From: Bacillota bacterium | Lineage (GTDB): Bacteria; Bacillota; DTU025 | Direction: 5' to 3' | Assembly: GCA_050951805.1 (NCBI GenBank) | Contig: JBMNJT010000008.1 | Location: forward strand, 448,001 to 512,000 | Length of the DNA: 64,000 nucleotides | Part shown: piece by piece, positions 1-8,216 of the stretch | Layout: every line of letters starts with the position of its first letter | How positions within the stretch are numbered: position 1 is the first letter of the stretch | The notes under the pieces: generated by a model | Told to the model about the DNA's origin: nothing | Database searches by the model: none | What the model saw: the letters and a program-made list of their open reading frames with translations, nothing else | Position numbers and translations under genes: made by a program

Positions 1-48
1 GGCCATGCCTGTGTTATACTCGGTCTTGCGAATCTGGGATACATGTTT

Positions 49-200
49 GAAGTAGAAGCCATCCGCTTCTCACCGATCGGCGTTGCTCAACGCTTCAGCC
101 AGGTCGGTTCACTTGACTATATGCGGACCGGCAAATTTGCCGAGCGCCGTATGCTCTGTCATTGTGGGCGGGTGGATCACCCGCTTGTTCTTTATTTTGG
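49..200 (+). ncRNA. L20 leader (infC-rpmI-rplT autoregulatory RNA)
   Basis: AAGTAGAAGCCATCCGCTTCTCACC 5' motif and GCGGGTGGATCACCCGC hairpin plus T-rich tract directly upstream of infC, typical of the Firmicutes L20 leader. Confidence 0.8.
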
Positions 201-240
201 GGGCATTCAAACACTGAAATTTTTATGGGGGTGACAAACT

Positions 241-762
241 ATCAGTAGGGAGCTTTTCGTCAACGAGGCGATCAGGGCCAGGGAAGTCCGCGTCGTGGAT
301 GAAAACGGTGAACAACTGGGCATAATGCCTGTCAGGGAAGCGATCAAACTTGCCGCGGATAGGGACCTGGACCTCGTGGAGGTTGCACCTACAGCACGAC
401 CGCCCGTCTGCCGGATCATGGATTATGGCAGATACAAGTATGAACAGAGCAAACGCGAGCGGGAGGCAAGGAAGAAGCAGCATGTTGTCGACATAAAGGA
501 AGTCCGGATGACTCCGAAGATCGAAGAGCACGACTTCAGTGTCAAGACTAAGAGTGCGGAACGGTTCCTTCGTGACGGCGACAAGGTTAAGGTTACTATA
601 CGGTTCAGAGGACGAGAAATTGTCCATAGCGACCTCGCCAGGCAGCTTTTGATGGAGATGGCGGAGAGCCTTTCAAGTGTAGGTTCTGTAGAGCGCTTGC
701 CAAAGGTTGAAGGCAGAAACATGGTTATGATTCTTTCCCCTAAGCAAGAGCAAGAGGGGTAG
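241..762 (+). CDS. infC: Translation initiation factor IF-3 (non-canonical ATC start)
   Basis: VNEAIRAREVR...PPVCRIMDYG...KVKVTIRFRGRE; frame is open upstream of ATG 295 to ATC at 241, preceded by SD GGGGGTGA. Confidence 0.95.
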   Translation: MSRELFVNEAIRAREVRVVDENGEQLGIMPVREAIKLAADRDLDLVEVAPTARPPVCRIMDYGRYKYEQSKREREARKKQHVVDIKEVRMTPKIEEHDFSVKTKSAERFLRDGDKVKVTIRFRGREIVHSDLARQLLMEMAESLSSVGSVERLPKVEGRNMVMILSPKQEQEG

Positions 763-804
763 GTCTGTTTTTTTGCGTGGATTCAGTTGAGGAGGGCAAT
801 GGTT

Positions 805-1002
805 ATGCCTAAGATGAAAACTAACAGAGCATCGGCGAAGAGATATTATGTGACCGGATCCGGTAAGATCATGCGGAACAAGGCCGGGCGTAGGCACAAG
901 CTTGCTGCCAAAACCCCCAAGAGGAAGCGAAATATGCGGAAGGACGTTGTTCTTTCGAAACCGGATCAGAAGGTCGCGCGCGAACTGATCCCGTATAAGT
1001 AG
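805..1002 (+). CDS. rpmI: 50S ribosomal protein L35
   Basis: MPKMKTNRASAKR motif, position between infC and rplT. Confidence 0.95.
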   Translation: MPKMKTNRASAKRYYVTGSGKIMRNKAGRRHKLAAKTPKRKRNMRKDVVLSKPDQKVARELIPYK

Positions 1003-1051
1003 CTTTTCTGATAGGTTGTTTTGCATGATGGCCATAGGGGGTTGATTTACG

Positions 1052-1414
1052 ATGGCGAGGGTAAAGCGTGGCACGAACGCGCGGCGCAGGCACAACAAAA
1101 CTTTGAAACTCGCAAAGGGTTACACTGGAGTTAACAGCGTTTCATATAAACGGGCTAACCAGGCAGTAATGCATGCCATGGACTATTCATATGCCCACAG
1201 GCGCACGCGTAAGCGCGATTTCAGGCAGCTTTGGATTGCGCGGATCAATGCTGCGGCCCGCATGAATGGCATGTCATATAGCCGGTTCATTTCTGGACTG
1301 AAAAAGGCTGGAGTTGACATTAATCGCAAGATGTTGGCGGACCTGGCCGTTAATGATGGCGCTGCTTTTGAACAGCTCGTGGCTGTGGCTAGGGAACAGG
1401 AAGCCGCAAACTAG
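1052..1414 (+). CDS. rplT: 50S ribosomal protein L20
   Basis: MARVKRG...[16 protein letters not shown]...[10 protein letters not shown]. Confidence 0.97.
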   Translation: MARVKRGTNARRRHNKTLKLAKGYTGVNSVSYKRANQAVMHAMDYSYAHRRTRKRDFRQLWIARINAAARMNGMSYSRFISGLKKAGVDINRKMLADLAVNDGAAFEQLVAVAREQEAAN

Positions 1415-1422
1415 TGTGAGCG

Positions 1423-2409
1423 GTGAGTAGATTGGACGTAATCAGGAGCCAAAAGAACCCCGCTGTCCGCATGTACAAACAATGCGTGACTCGGGGTTTA
1501 TCGCATCTTGTCCCACTTGAGGGTGTAAGGCTGGTGGAGGATGCGCTGGCGGCCAAAGTGCCGCTAGACACAGTCTACATAGCCGAAGATGTCGATATGG
1601 GCAATGAATCGACCAGTGGTCGAATACTGTCGGGCGCTCGCCGAAATGGTGCACGAATTGTCATTGTATCCACGTCAGTTGCGGAAAGTATGGCCGATAC
1701 GCGCACGCCTCAGGGGGTGTTCGCGCTGGCGAAGTGGTCGCCGGCCTCGGGATGTGAATTGCTCGCCAGCGCTGGTGGAAATGGAATGCCGTCTTTCGGG
1801 GTCTATTTGGATGGAGTCTCGGATCCGGGGAATGTGGGAACCATCATACGCACTGCGGCAGCCCTAGGAGCGCTGGGAGTGGTTGCCGGTCCACGATGTG
1901 CAGGCTTTACCAACCCGAAGGTCATAAGGGCTTCCATGGGTTCTATCTTTCGCATGCCGGTCGCGGAGGTCAAAGATGTTGATGGCTTCTTTGGCCGCGC
2001 TGCGGAGCTTGGGTACGACATCATCGTGTCCGACTCGGAGGTCGGGGGGGCGGTCGATAATCTTGTCTGGCCTGGTTGCGCAAGGCCTCAGGAGAGGTCG
2101 CAGCAAGTCGCCAAACCGCAGATAGTCGGGGATTCGCAAGACACCGTTTGCCTGACAGATCGGGGGGCCGACGGTGCAAACGTTGCCTTTCTGGTGGTAG
2201 GTTCTGAGGCCTTCGGAGTGAGCGATGCTGTGAGGAAACATGCCACTGCACGGGTGAAAATCGAGATGGCAAGGGACGTGGAGTCTCTGAACGTAGCTGC
2301 GGCCGCAGCTATTCTCATTTATGCATTGAGGCAAAAGGTTGTTGCCTGGGAAGATGCACGTGGTGTGCGCGTCAATGACTGTGGTCTAGGGGATCAGGAG
2401 AAGGTTTAA
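1423..2409 (+). CDS. TrmH/SpoU family RNA 2'-O-methyltransferase
   Basis: EGVRLVEDAL, DPGNVGTIIRTA, GSEAFGVS and ESLNVAAA SPOUT motifs. Confidence 0.9.
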   Translation: MSRLDVIRSQKNPAVRMYKQCVTRGLSHLVPLEGVRLVEDALAAKVPLDTVYIAEDVDMGNESTSGRILSGARRNGARIVIVSTSVAESMADTRTPQGVFALAKWSPASGCELLASAGGNGMPSFGVYLDGVSDPGNVGTIIRTAAALGALGVVAGPRCAGFTNPKVIRASMGSIFRMPVAEVKDVDGFFGRAAELGYDIIVSDSEVGGAVDNLVWPGCARPQERSQQVAKPQIVGDSQDTVCLTDRGADGANVAFLVVGSEAFGVSDAVRKHATARVKIEMARDVESLNVAAAAAILIYALRQKVVAWEDARGVRVNDCGLGDQEKV

Positions 2410-2428
2410 AAGTAGCGTGTCCAGGTTG

Positions 2429-2457
2429 TTGACTTATGGGGACGCATGTGGTATTCT
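2429..2457 (+). promoter_or_regulatory. sigmaA-type promoter of tRNA cluster
   Basis: TTGACT-17 bp-TATTCT with extended -10 TG, ~25 nt before the first tRNA. Confidence 0.75.
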
Positions 2458-2481
2458 AAGCTTCGCACGGCACGATTGCTT

Positions 2482-2557
2482 GCCGACGTAGCTCAATTGG
2501 CAGAGCAGCTGATTTGTAATCAGCAGGTTGCGGGTTCGAGTCCCATCGTCGGCTCCA
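2482..2557 (+). tRNA. tRNA-Thr(TGT)
   Basis: Cloverleaf, anticodon arm GCTGA-TTTGTAA-TCAGC, encoded CCA. Confidence 0.97.
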
Positions 2558-2574
2558 AGTTTTGCAGTGTTTTT

Positions 2575-2660
2575 GGAGAGGTGGCCGAGTGGTTAAAGGC
2601 GGCAGACTGTAAATCTGCTCCCGGACGGGTTCGGAGGTTCGAATCCTCCCCTCTCCACCA
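2575..2660 (+). tRNA. tRNA-Tyr(GTA)
   Basis: Cloverleaf with long variable arm, GCAGA-CTGTAAA-TCTGC, CCA. Confidence 0.97.
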
Positions 2661-2673
2661 CTTTATCCTAGAT

Positions 2674-2749
<76 letters not shown>

Positions 2750-2770
2750 GAATCAGGTTATAAGGTTTGT

Positions 2771-2847
<77 letters not shown>

Positions 2848-2877
2848 AATTTGCCGTGACACGGCTAATAAGCTTGT

Positions 2878-2954
<77 letters not shown>

Positions 2955-2982
2955 AATTTCGAGCGGCCCATGTTGGGCCAGT

Positions 2983-3059
2983 GCCCGCGTAGCTCAGTCG
3001 GTAGCAGCGCATGCATGGTAAGCATGAGGTCATCGGTTCGATTCCGATCGCGGGCTCCA
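2983..3059 (+). tRNA. tRNA-Thr(GGT)
   Basis: Acceptor GCCCGCG/CGCGGGC, CATGC-ATGGTAA-GCATG anticodon arm, extra C in D arm. Confidence 0.92.
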
Positions 3060-3067
3060 CTTTATCA

Positions 3068-3098
3068 GACCGCACCACCAATGGTGCGGTCATTTTTT
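3068..3098 (+). terminator. Intrinsic terminator of tRNA cluster
   Basis: GACCGCACCA-CCAA-TGGTGCGGTC followed by ATTTTTT. Confidence 0.9.
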
Positions 3099-3129
3099 GT
3101 GTTTGCCAGGCGTGTTTTGCGAGCCGATG

Positions 3130-3765
3130 GTGTCATCCAACGAGCGGGAAGACAACCCCAAGGCAAGGGCGTCGCCGAAAGCGGCGGGGTCTGAAGGAAG
3201 CTTTAAGGGGGAACACGGAACGTAGCGAAAGCGAACTGAAGTTGGCCTGTCAGGTGGGTAACCTTGCGAAGTATGGGAAAGCCCGAAAGCTGGATAACCT
3301 GGGAGCCTTGAACGGACGGTTGAGGCAGACAAACTCAACCGGGGAAGCTCTGCATCATCCAGAGAGCTGGCAGGCCTAAAGAAGCGGAGACGCAAGGATG
3401 GAAGTAGGGCGGTAGATGAGTCTGTAGGATTCAGCCTGCGACAAGCTGGCAAAAGGCTGGAGGATAAGGCTGAGGGGACAGCGATCCGGAGCTGCTGGGT
3501 CCTGTGCCCGCTCAAAGCCGGGCGGGGTAGATTGCCTTCAAGCTAAAAACGCCTTGCGGGACTGTGGATATAATCAGCGATGCAAGAAAGGAACAAAGGA
3601 ATCGTGGGGATGAAGGAGCTCACCAACTACGTGGTCGGTGCATTGCATCTTTTCACTTTTCAATGGAACGAAGTGACTAAGGCTTGTTAGAAACCGTGTA
3701 TGAGACCTGCAGGCGTGGTTCTTTGAGAGGGATGACGCTAGGCGGATTGCCTGGCACCATGATAC
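3130..3765 (+). mobile_element. Degenerate ORF-less group II intron-like element
   Basis: 5' GTGTC..CAACGAG and GGCGTCGCCGAAAGCGGCGGGGTCTGAAGGAAGC domain I-like motif; decayed domain V-like AACCGTGTATGAGACCTGCAGGCGTGGTTCTTTGAGAGGG at ~3692-3731; no RT ORF; boundaries approximate. Confidence 0.55.
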
Positions 3766-3975
3766 TTCAGCGTGAATGATCTGCCCCGTTCATGTCGATG
3801 CAGGTGCACTGGCTGCACATTAGTCACCCTAGCCTGCGATGAAATGCATAGGCGTTGCCTGCTGTCAGCATGACCGGGTGGTTGGCGCTTGCAGCTTACT
3901 CTCAGTGTGGGCTGCAATGTCCGCATTCATCTTGCGCACGGCAGACTATCGACGCTAGGCGGTGTTTCGGGTGGA

Positions 3976-4004
3976 TTGACAGTGCTGGTGGGGTATGATA
4001 ACTT
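3976..4004 (+). promoter_or_regulatory. Probable sigmaA-type promoter for rpmG-secE-nusG
   Basis: TTGACA-17 bp-TAACTT with extended -10 TG. Confidence 0.55.
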
Positions 4005-4106
4005 TTAGGGGTGATTATGGGCGCTCCTGACGGGGGGCGTCATAGGTGTCTGCTCGAGCCTTCGGGCGACAGCTGATGCAACTGAGTAATGGGGAGGTCT
4101 AACGAG

Positions 4107-4256
4107 ATGCGGGAGGGAATCACCCTTCAGTGTAGTGAATGCAAGAACCGCAACTACCAGACCGCCAAGAACAAGCGGAATGACCCTGATAGGATCGAGC
4201 TGAAGAAGTACTGCAAGTTCTGTAGGGCGCACACTTTACACAAGGAAACACGCTAG
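4107..4256 (+). CDS. rpmG: 50S ribosomal protein L33 (zinc-ribbon type)
   Basis: Translated by hand (below the ORF-track cutoff): [17 protein letters not shown]...[18 protein letters not shown]; SD GGAGGT. Confidence 0.96.
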   Translation: MREGITLQCSECKNRNYQTAKNKRNDPDRIELKKYCKFCRAHTLHKETR

Positions 4257-4297
4257 GGTATAATCTAGCCGTGTTTCACAGGGGAGGGATCTATTTC

Positions 4298-4537
4298 ATG
4301 GCTCAAGAGGCCAAGCCGACTCTCTCCACGCGCATGAAAGGATTCTTCGGCAAGATTGGGAAGTTCTTTCGGGAGGTTCGTGCTGAATTCAAGCGAGTTC
4401 AGTGGCCTAGCCGAAAGGAAACGTGGTCTTTGACTTTGGCCGTGATCGTGTATGTGCTCATTGTAACTGTGTTTCTGGGCCTAGTCGACCTGGGACTATC
4501 CTTCCTGGTTGAACAGATTGTTAAGGCAGCTGCATGA
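4298..4537 (+). CDS. secE: Preprotein translocase subunit SecE
   Basis: FFREVRAEFKRVQWPS plus single TM segment. Confidence 0.95.
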   Translation: MAQEAKPTLSTRMKGFFGKIGKFFREVRAEFKRVQWPSRKETWSLTLAVIVYVLIVTVFLGLVDLGLSFLVEQIVKAAA

Positions 4538-5088
4538 GCAAAATGGGTACTGACAAGATCGAGAACGGCAGAGGCTGGTACGTGGTGCATACGTACTCAG
4601 GCTATGAAAACAAAGTGAAGACCAATCTGGAACGGCGCGTGCAGACCATGGAGAAAGAGGACAAGATCTTCCGGGTGCTCGTCCCCACCGAAGAAGTAAC
4701 TGAGTTCAAGGATGGGCGTAAAAAGGTTGTCCAGCGAAAGAGATTTCCCGGTTATGTCCTGGTCGAGATGGTGATGAGTGACGATTCTTGGTATGTCGTC
4801 AGAAACACGCCCGGAGTCACGGGTTTTGTGGGCTCCGGCAACAAGCCGATTCCACTTACCGAAGAGGAAATGCATGCGATCCTCCGTCAGATGGGGGTGG
4901 AGGAGCCCAAGGTCACGGTGACCTTCGAGATTGGCGAGACCGTCAGGGTGATCTCTGGTCCTTTTGAGAACCTCGACGGAATTGTCCAGGAGGTCAGCCC
5001 CGAAAGGGGCAGATTGCGCGTACAGGTATCTATGTTCGAACGCGAAATCCCGGTGGAACTAGATTTTACTGATGTCGAGAAATACTAG
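4534..5088 (+). CDS. nusG: Transcription termination/antitermination factor NusG
   Basis: WYVVHTYSGYENKV, FPGYVLV, VRNTPGVTGF, KOW motif. Confidence 0.97.
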   Translation: MSKMGTDKIENGRGWYVVHTYSGYENKVKTNLERRVQTMEKEDKIFRVLVPTEEVTEFKDGRKKVVQRKRFPGYVLVEMVMSDDSWYVVRNTPGVTGFVGSGNKPIPLTEEEMHAILRQMGVEEPKVTVTFEIGETVRVISGPFENLDGIVQEVSPERGRLRVQVSMFEREIPVELDFTDVEKY

Positions 5089-5115
5089 CACTCGCCGGGG
5101 AGGAGGTGTCAGCCA

Positions 5116-5544
5116 ATGGCGAAAAAAGTCACGGCAGTAGTCAAGCTGCAGTTGAATGCGGGAAAAGCTAGCCCCGCACCGCCTGTCGGTCCTGTGCTGG
5201 CGCCGACCGGAATCAACATTGTTGAGTTTTGCAAGAACTTCAACGCCAAGACTGCAGATCAGGTAGGTACGATAATACCAGTAGAGGTCACAGTGTACGA
5301 CGACAGGTCATACACCTACATCCTCAAGACGCCTCCGGTGTCTTTCTTGATCAAGAAGGCGCTTGGGATTGAGAAAGGTTCGGGCGAACCCGACACTCGA
5401 AAGGTCGGCAAGCTGACCCTGGATCAGGTTAGGCAGATTGCAGAAGTAAAGATGCCTGACCTCAATGCAAATGATATCGAAGCTGCCATGGAACTAGTGA
5501 AGGGCAGCGCCAGAAGTATGGGCGTGGAGGTTGCAGAGGCCTAG
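5116..5544 (+). CDS. rplK: 50S ribosomal protein L11
   Basis: [23 protein letters not shown]. Confidence 0.97.
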   Translation: MAKKVTAVVKLQLNAGKASPAPPVGPVLAPTGINIVEFCKNFNAKTADQVGTIIPVEVTVYDDRSYTYILKTPPVSFLIKKALGIEKGSGEPDTRKVGKLTLDQVRQIAEVKMPDLNANDIEAAMELVKGSARSMGVEVAEA

Positions 5545-5595
5545 GCCTTACAACCTATCCGCAACAGCCTGCGCTTGAATGTTGCGGGCTACAAT

Positions 5596-5625
5596 CGTGG
5601 GAGGACATGTTCCGCTGGCACCACG
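5596..5625 (+). promoter_or_regulatory. L1-binding mRNA element before rplA
   Basis: CGTGGGAGG...TTCCGC..CACCACG hairpin resembling the Bacillus rplK-rplA intergenic L1 site. Confidence 0.6.
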
Positions 5626-5640
5626 TGGGAGGTAAAACCT

Positions 5641-6351
5641 ATGCCAAAGAGAGGCAAGAAGTATCAGGATTCCGTTAAAGTCATCGATAGGATGACTCTG
5701 TATGGACCGGCCGAAGGCGTGAAACTCGTTCGCGAGGCGGCCAAGGCCAATTTCGATGAGACTATCGAAGCCCACATCAGATTGGGTGTGGATCCCCGTC
5801 GTTCGGATCAGCAAGTTCGTGGGGCGGTCGTGCTTCCGTACGGAACTGGCAAGACCAAGACTGTGCTGGTTTTCGCAATGGGCGAAAAGGCGCGCGAGGC
5901 AGAAGAGGCTGGCGCCGATTATGTTGGCGGGGAAGATCTGGCTCAGAAAATACAGGGTGGATGGCTCGATTTCGATGCTGCCGTAGCTACTCCAGACATG
6001 ATGAGTGTCGTGGGAAGGCTAGGTAAGATCCTTGGCCCAAGGGGCTTGATGCCGAACCCGAAAACAGGAACGGTCACGTTCGAAGTGGCCAAGGCGATCA
6101 ACGAGATCAAAGCGGGTAAGGTTGAATACAGGGTCGACAAGAGTGGCATTATCCACGTTGTCATCGGCAAGGCCTCATTTGAAGAGGGGATGCTGATCGC
6201 GAACCTCAGGGTGTTGTCGGACGCCATAGTGAAAGCTCGTCCGGCAGCCGCCAAGGGGACCTACATCAAAAGCGTCGCGCTGGCGCCGACGATGGGTCCG
6301 TCGGTTCGTCTCAATCCCCAGCTGTTTGCGCAGATGGTGGCCGAAAAGTAG
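5641..6351 (+). CDS. rplA: 50S ribosomal protein L1
   Basis: [23 protein letters not shown]. Confidence 0.97.
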   Translation: MPKRGKKYQDSVKVIDRMTLYGPAEGVKLVREAAKANFDETIEAHIRLGVDPRRSDQQVRGAVVLPYGTGKTKTVLVFAMGEKAREAEEAGADYVGGEDLAQKIQGGWLDFDAAVATPDMMSVVGRLGKILGPRGLMPNPKTGTVTFEVAKAINEIKAGKVEYRVDKSGIIHVVIGKASFEEGMLIANLRVLSDAIVKARPAAAKGTYIKSVALAPTMGPSVRLNPQLFAQMVAEK

Positions 6352-6380
6352 AGTTGTCTGCTTTGACAATAGAGAGATGT

Positions 6381-6552
6381 GCCTGGCCCAAGACAGCAGG
6401 CGTCGCGTAGTGTGGCAACGCTGCACGAAACGCGGCCTAAGTGACGAAATGTCAGCCCGCCGAGGCTGGAGGGAAGCTTGGCTTCCGAACGCAAATATAT
6501 GTCTGTGATTTGCGGGACCTCCGGCCATACCTGAGCCGAGGTCCCTTTCTAT
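6381..6552 (+). ncRNA. L10 leader
   Basis: CCAAGACAGCAGG...CCCGCCGAGG core and 3' attenuator-like hairpin GGGACCTCCGGC/GCCGAGGTCCC-TTTCT upstream of rplJ. Confidence 0.8.
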
Positions 6553-6597
6553 TGCCGGTACTAAGCGAATCGTACGCGTGCGAACGGAGGTGTGAAA

Positions 6598-7149
6598 GTG
6601 CCTACACCGAAAAAGATCCAGACTGTTGAAGAAATCCAATCAAAACTGAACGAAGCGAGCTGCGTTGTGCTGACTGACTTCCGTGGTCTCAATGTGGCGC
6701 AGGCGACTGCGCTCAGACGAAGGCTTACGGAGGCAGGCGTGGAGTACAAGGTCTACAAGAATACGCTCATCAAGATTGCAGCGGATAACGTTGGCATCGA
6801 AGGGCTAGATTCATATCTTCAGGGCCCGACTGCGCTTGCCTTTTCCACTGAGGATCCGATCGCTCCGGCCAAGATCCTTGCCGATTTTGCCCGTGAGACG
6901 AAGATCCTCAAGGTCAAGGCGGGTGTTTTGGACGGACAGATCATTGACAAGGATCGGGTCGCGGAGCTTGCAGCCTTGCCTCCCAAGGAAGTCATCCTTG
7001 GCAAGGTGGTCGGGGCAATGCAGGGACCGATTTTTGGCCTGGTCAATGTGCTTGCTGGTCCCACGCGCAAACTAGTATGGGCGTTGGATGCCATAAGGCA
7101 ACAAAAGGAAGAAGCCGGCGGAGATCCTCAGACCGTTCAGGCTCAATAA
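6598..7149 (+). CDS. rplJ: 50S ribosomal protein L10
   Basis: DFRGLNV, YKVYKNTL, LAALPPKE; GTG start after GGAGGTG. Confidence 0.96.
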   Translation: MPTPKKIQTVEEIQSKLNEASCVVLTDFRGLNVAQATALRRRLTEAGVEYKVYKNTLIKIAADNVGIEGLDSYLQGPTALAFSTEDPIAPAKILADFARETKILKVKAGVLDGQIIDKDRVAELAALPPKEVILGKVVGAMQGPIFGLVNVLAGPTRKLVWALDAIRQQKEEAGGDPQTVQAQ

Positions 7150-7167
7150 GAGGGAGGAAAATGTGCT

Positions 7168-7548
7168 ATGACTAAGGAAGAAATCCTTTCAGCTATTAAA
7201 AACATGACAGTTCTCGAGCTGTCCGAATTGGTCAAGGACCTCGAGGAAGAGTTTGGTGTAAGCGCAGCAATGCCGGTGGCCGCTATGGCGTCGGCAGGAG
7301 CGGCAGGCGCCGCTGCTGCTCCGGAAGAGGAAGAGAAGACAGACTTCGATGTAATTCTGGTTTCTCCGGGAGAGCAGAAGATTCCTGTGCTCAAGGTAGT
7401 CAGGGAGATCACTGGGCTCGGCCTTAAAGAGGCCAAGGAGCTCGTTGACAATGCGCCTAAGCCCATCAAAGAAGGCGTAAAGAAGGAAGAAGCGGAAGAG
7501 ATCAAAGCCAAGATTGCCGATGTCGGAGGTCAGGTCGAGATCAAGTAG
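7168..7548 (+). CDS. rplL: 50S ribosomal protein L7/L12
   Basis: [28 protein letters not shown]. Confidence 0.97.
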   Translation: MTKEEILSAIKNMTVLELSELVKDLEEEFGVSAAMPVAAMASAGAAGAAAAPEEEEKTDFDVILVSPGEQKIPVLKVVREITGLGLKEAKELVDNAPKPIKEGVKKEEAEEIKAKIADVGGQVEIK

Positions 7549-7944
7549 TCTGCTGAGCCTTGAAGTCACTGAAAAAGTCGAATCTATGCCGGGGGAAGGC
7601 AATGCGGACATCGCACACGCCGACTCCCGGCGATTCTATCTGTGCCAGTTTCAGGCTGTGGATATTGAGCAGGCTCGTGTTTCGCCAAAGCTTCCTCCCA
7701 ACCGGTCCTAGCGCAGCCTTGCGTGTCTCTTTTCCCCGCAATAATCACTAATTCCCTTCTCAGGTTCGCATCGGGTATCCTCGGAGAGTTGTAAGAGAAA
7801 CTCAACTTCACAGTAAACATATTATGCTCTCTGGAGCAATGACGTTATGCCAAAAGCTACAGGCGGGAAGAAAGGGAGTGCGTTGTATTCCAAATGTGGG
7901 TTTTGTGATCCAAGAATGGCTGTAAGGGCTCTAGCTGGCATGAT

Positions 7945-7973
7945 TTGACGCGATTCGGGCTATATGTTAACAT
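7945..7973 (+). promoter_or_regulatory. sigmaA-type promoter of rpoB copy 1
   Basis: TTGACG-17 bp-TAACAT with extended -10 TG; homologous to the copy 2 promoter. Confidence 0.7.
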
Positions 7974-7989
7974 AAAGGATGATGCCGAA

Positions 7990-8190
7990 GGACGGGCAGA
8001 TCGAGTGCGCTGTGATTTGCGGGCACCCAGCCCTTGCGGAGCCGAGCTTTGGCTTCGCGCAAGTGTCCAGTGAATAGGTTATGAGAGGGCGGCAAAACGC
8101 TGATGTTTTGCACGTGAGATCTGCCAGTCTCAGTGCGGCTCTGGCTTATGGGCGTTTGGTCCATGTCATGATGGTCTGCACTGTTTCTTG
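7990..8190 (+). promoter_or_regulatory. Structured 5' leader of rpoB copy 1
   Basis: Alignable to the copy 2 leader; stem AGTGCGG/CTGCACT versus AGCGCGG/CCGCGCT. Confidence 0.5.
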
Positions 8191-8216
8191 TATCTGAAAA
8201 GCCGTTAGAAAGTAGG

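Noticed and set aside
7983-7989. Spo0A-box-like TGCCGAA at the copy 1 promoter
   Set aside because: A single degenerate 7-mer is expected by chance, and I saw no second box.
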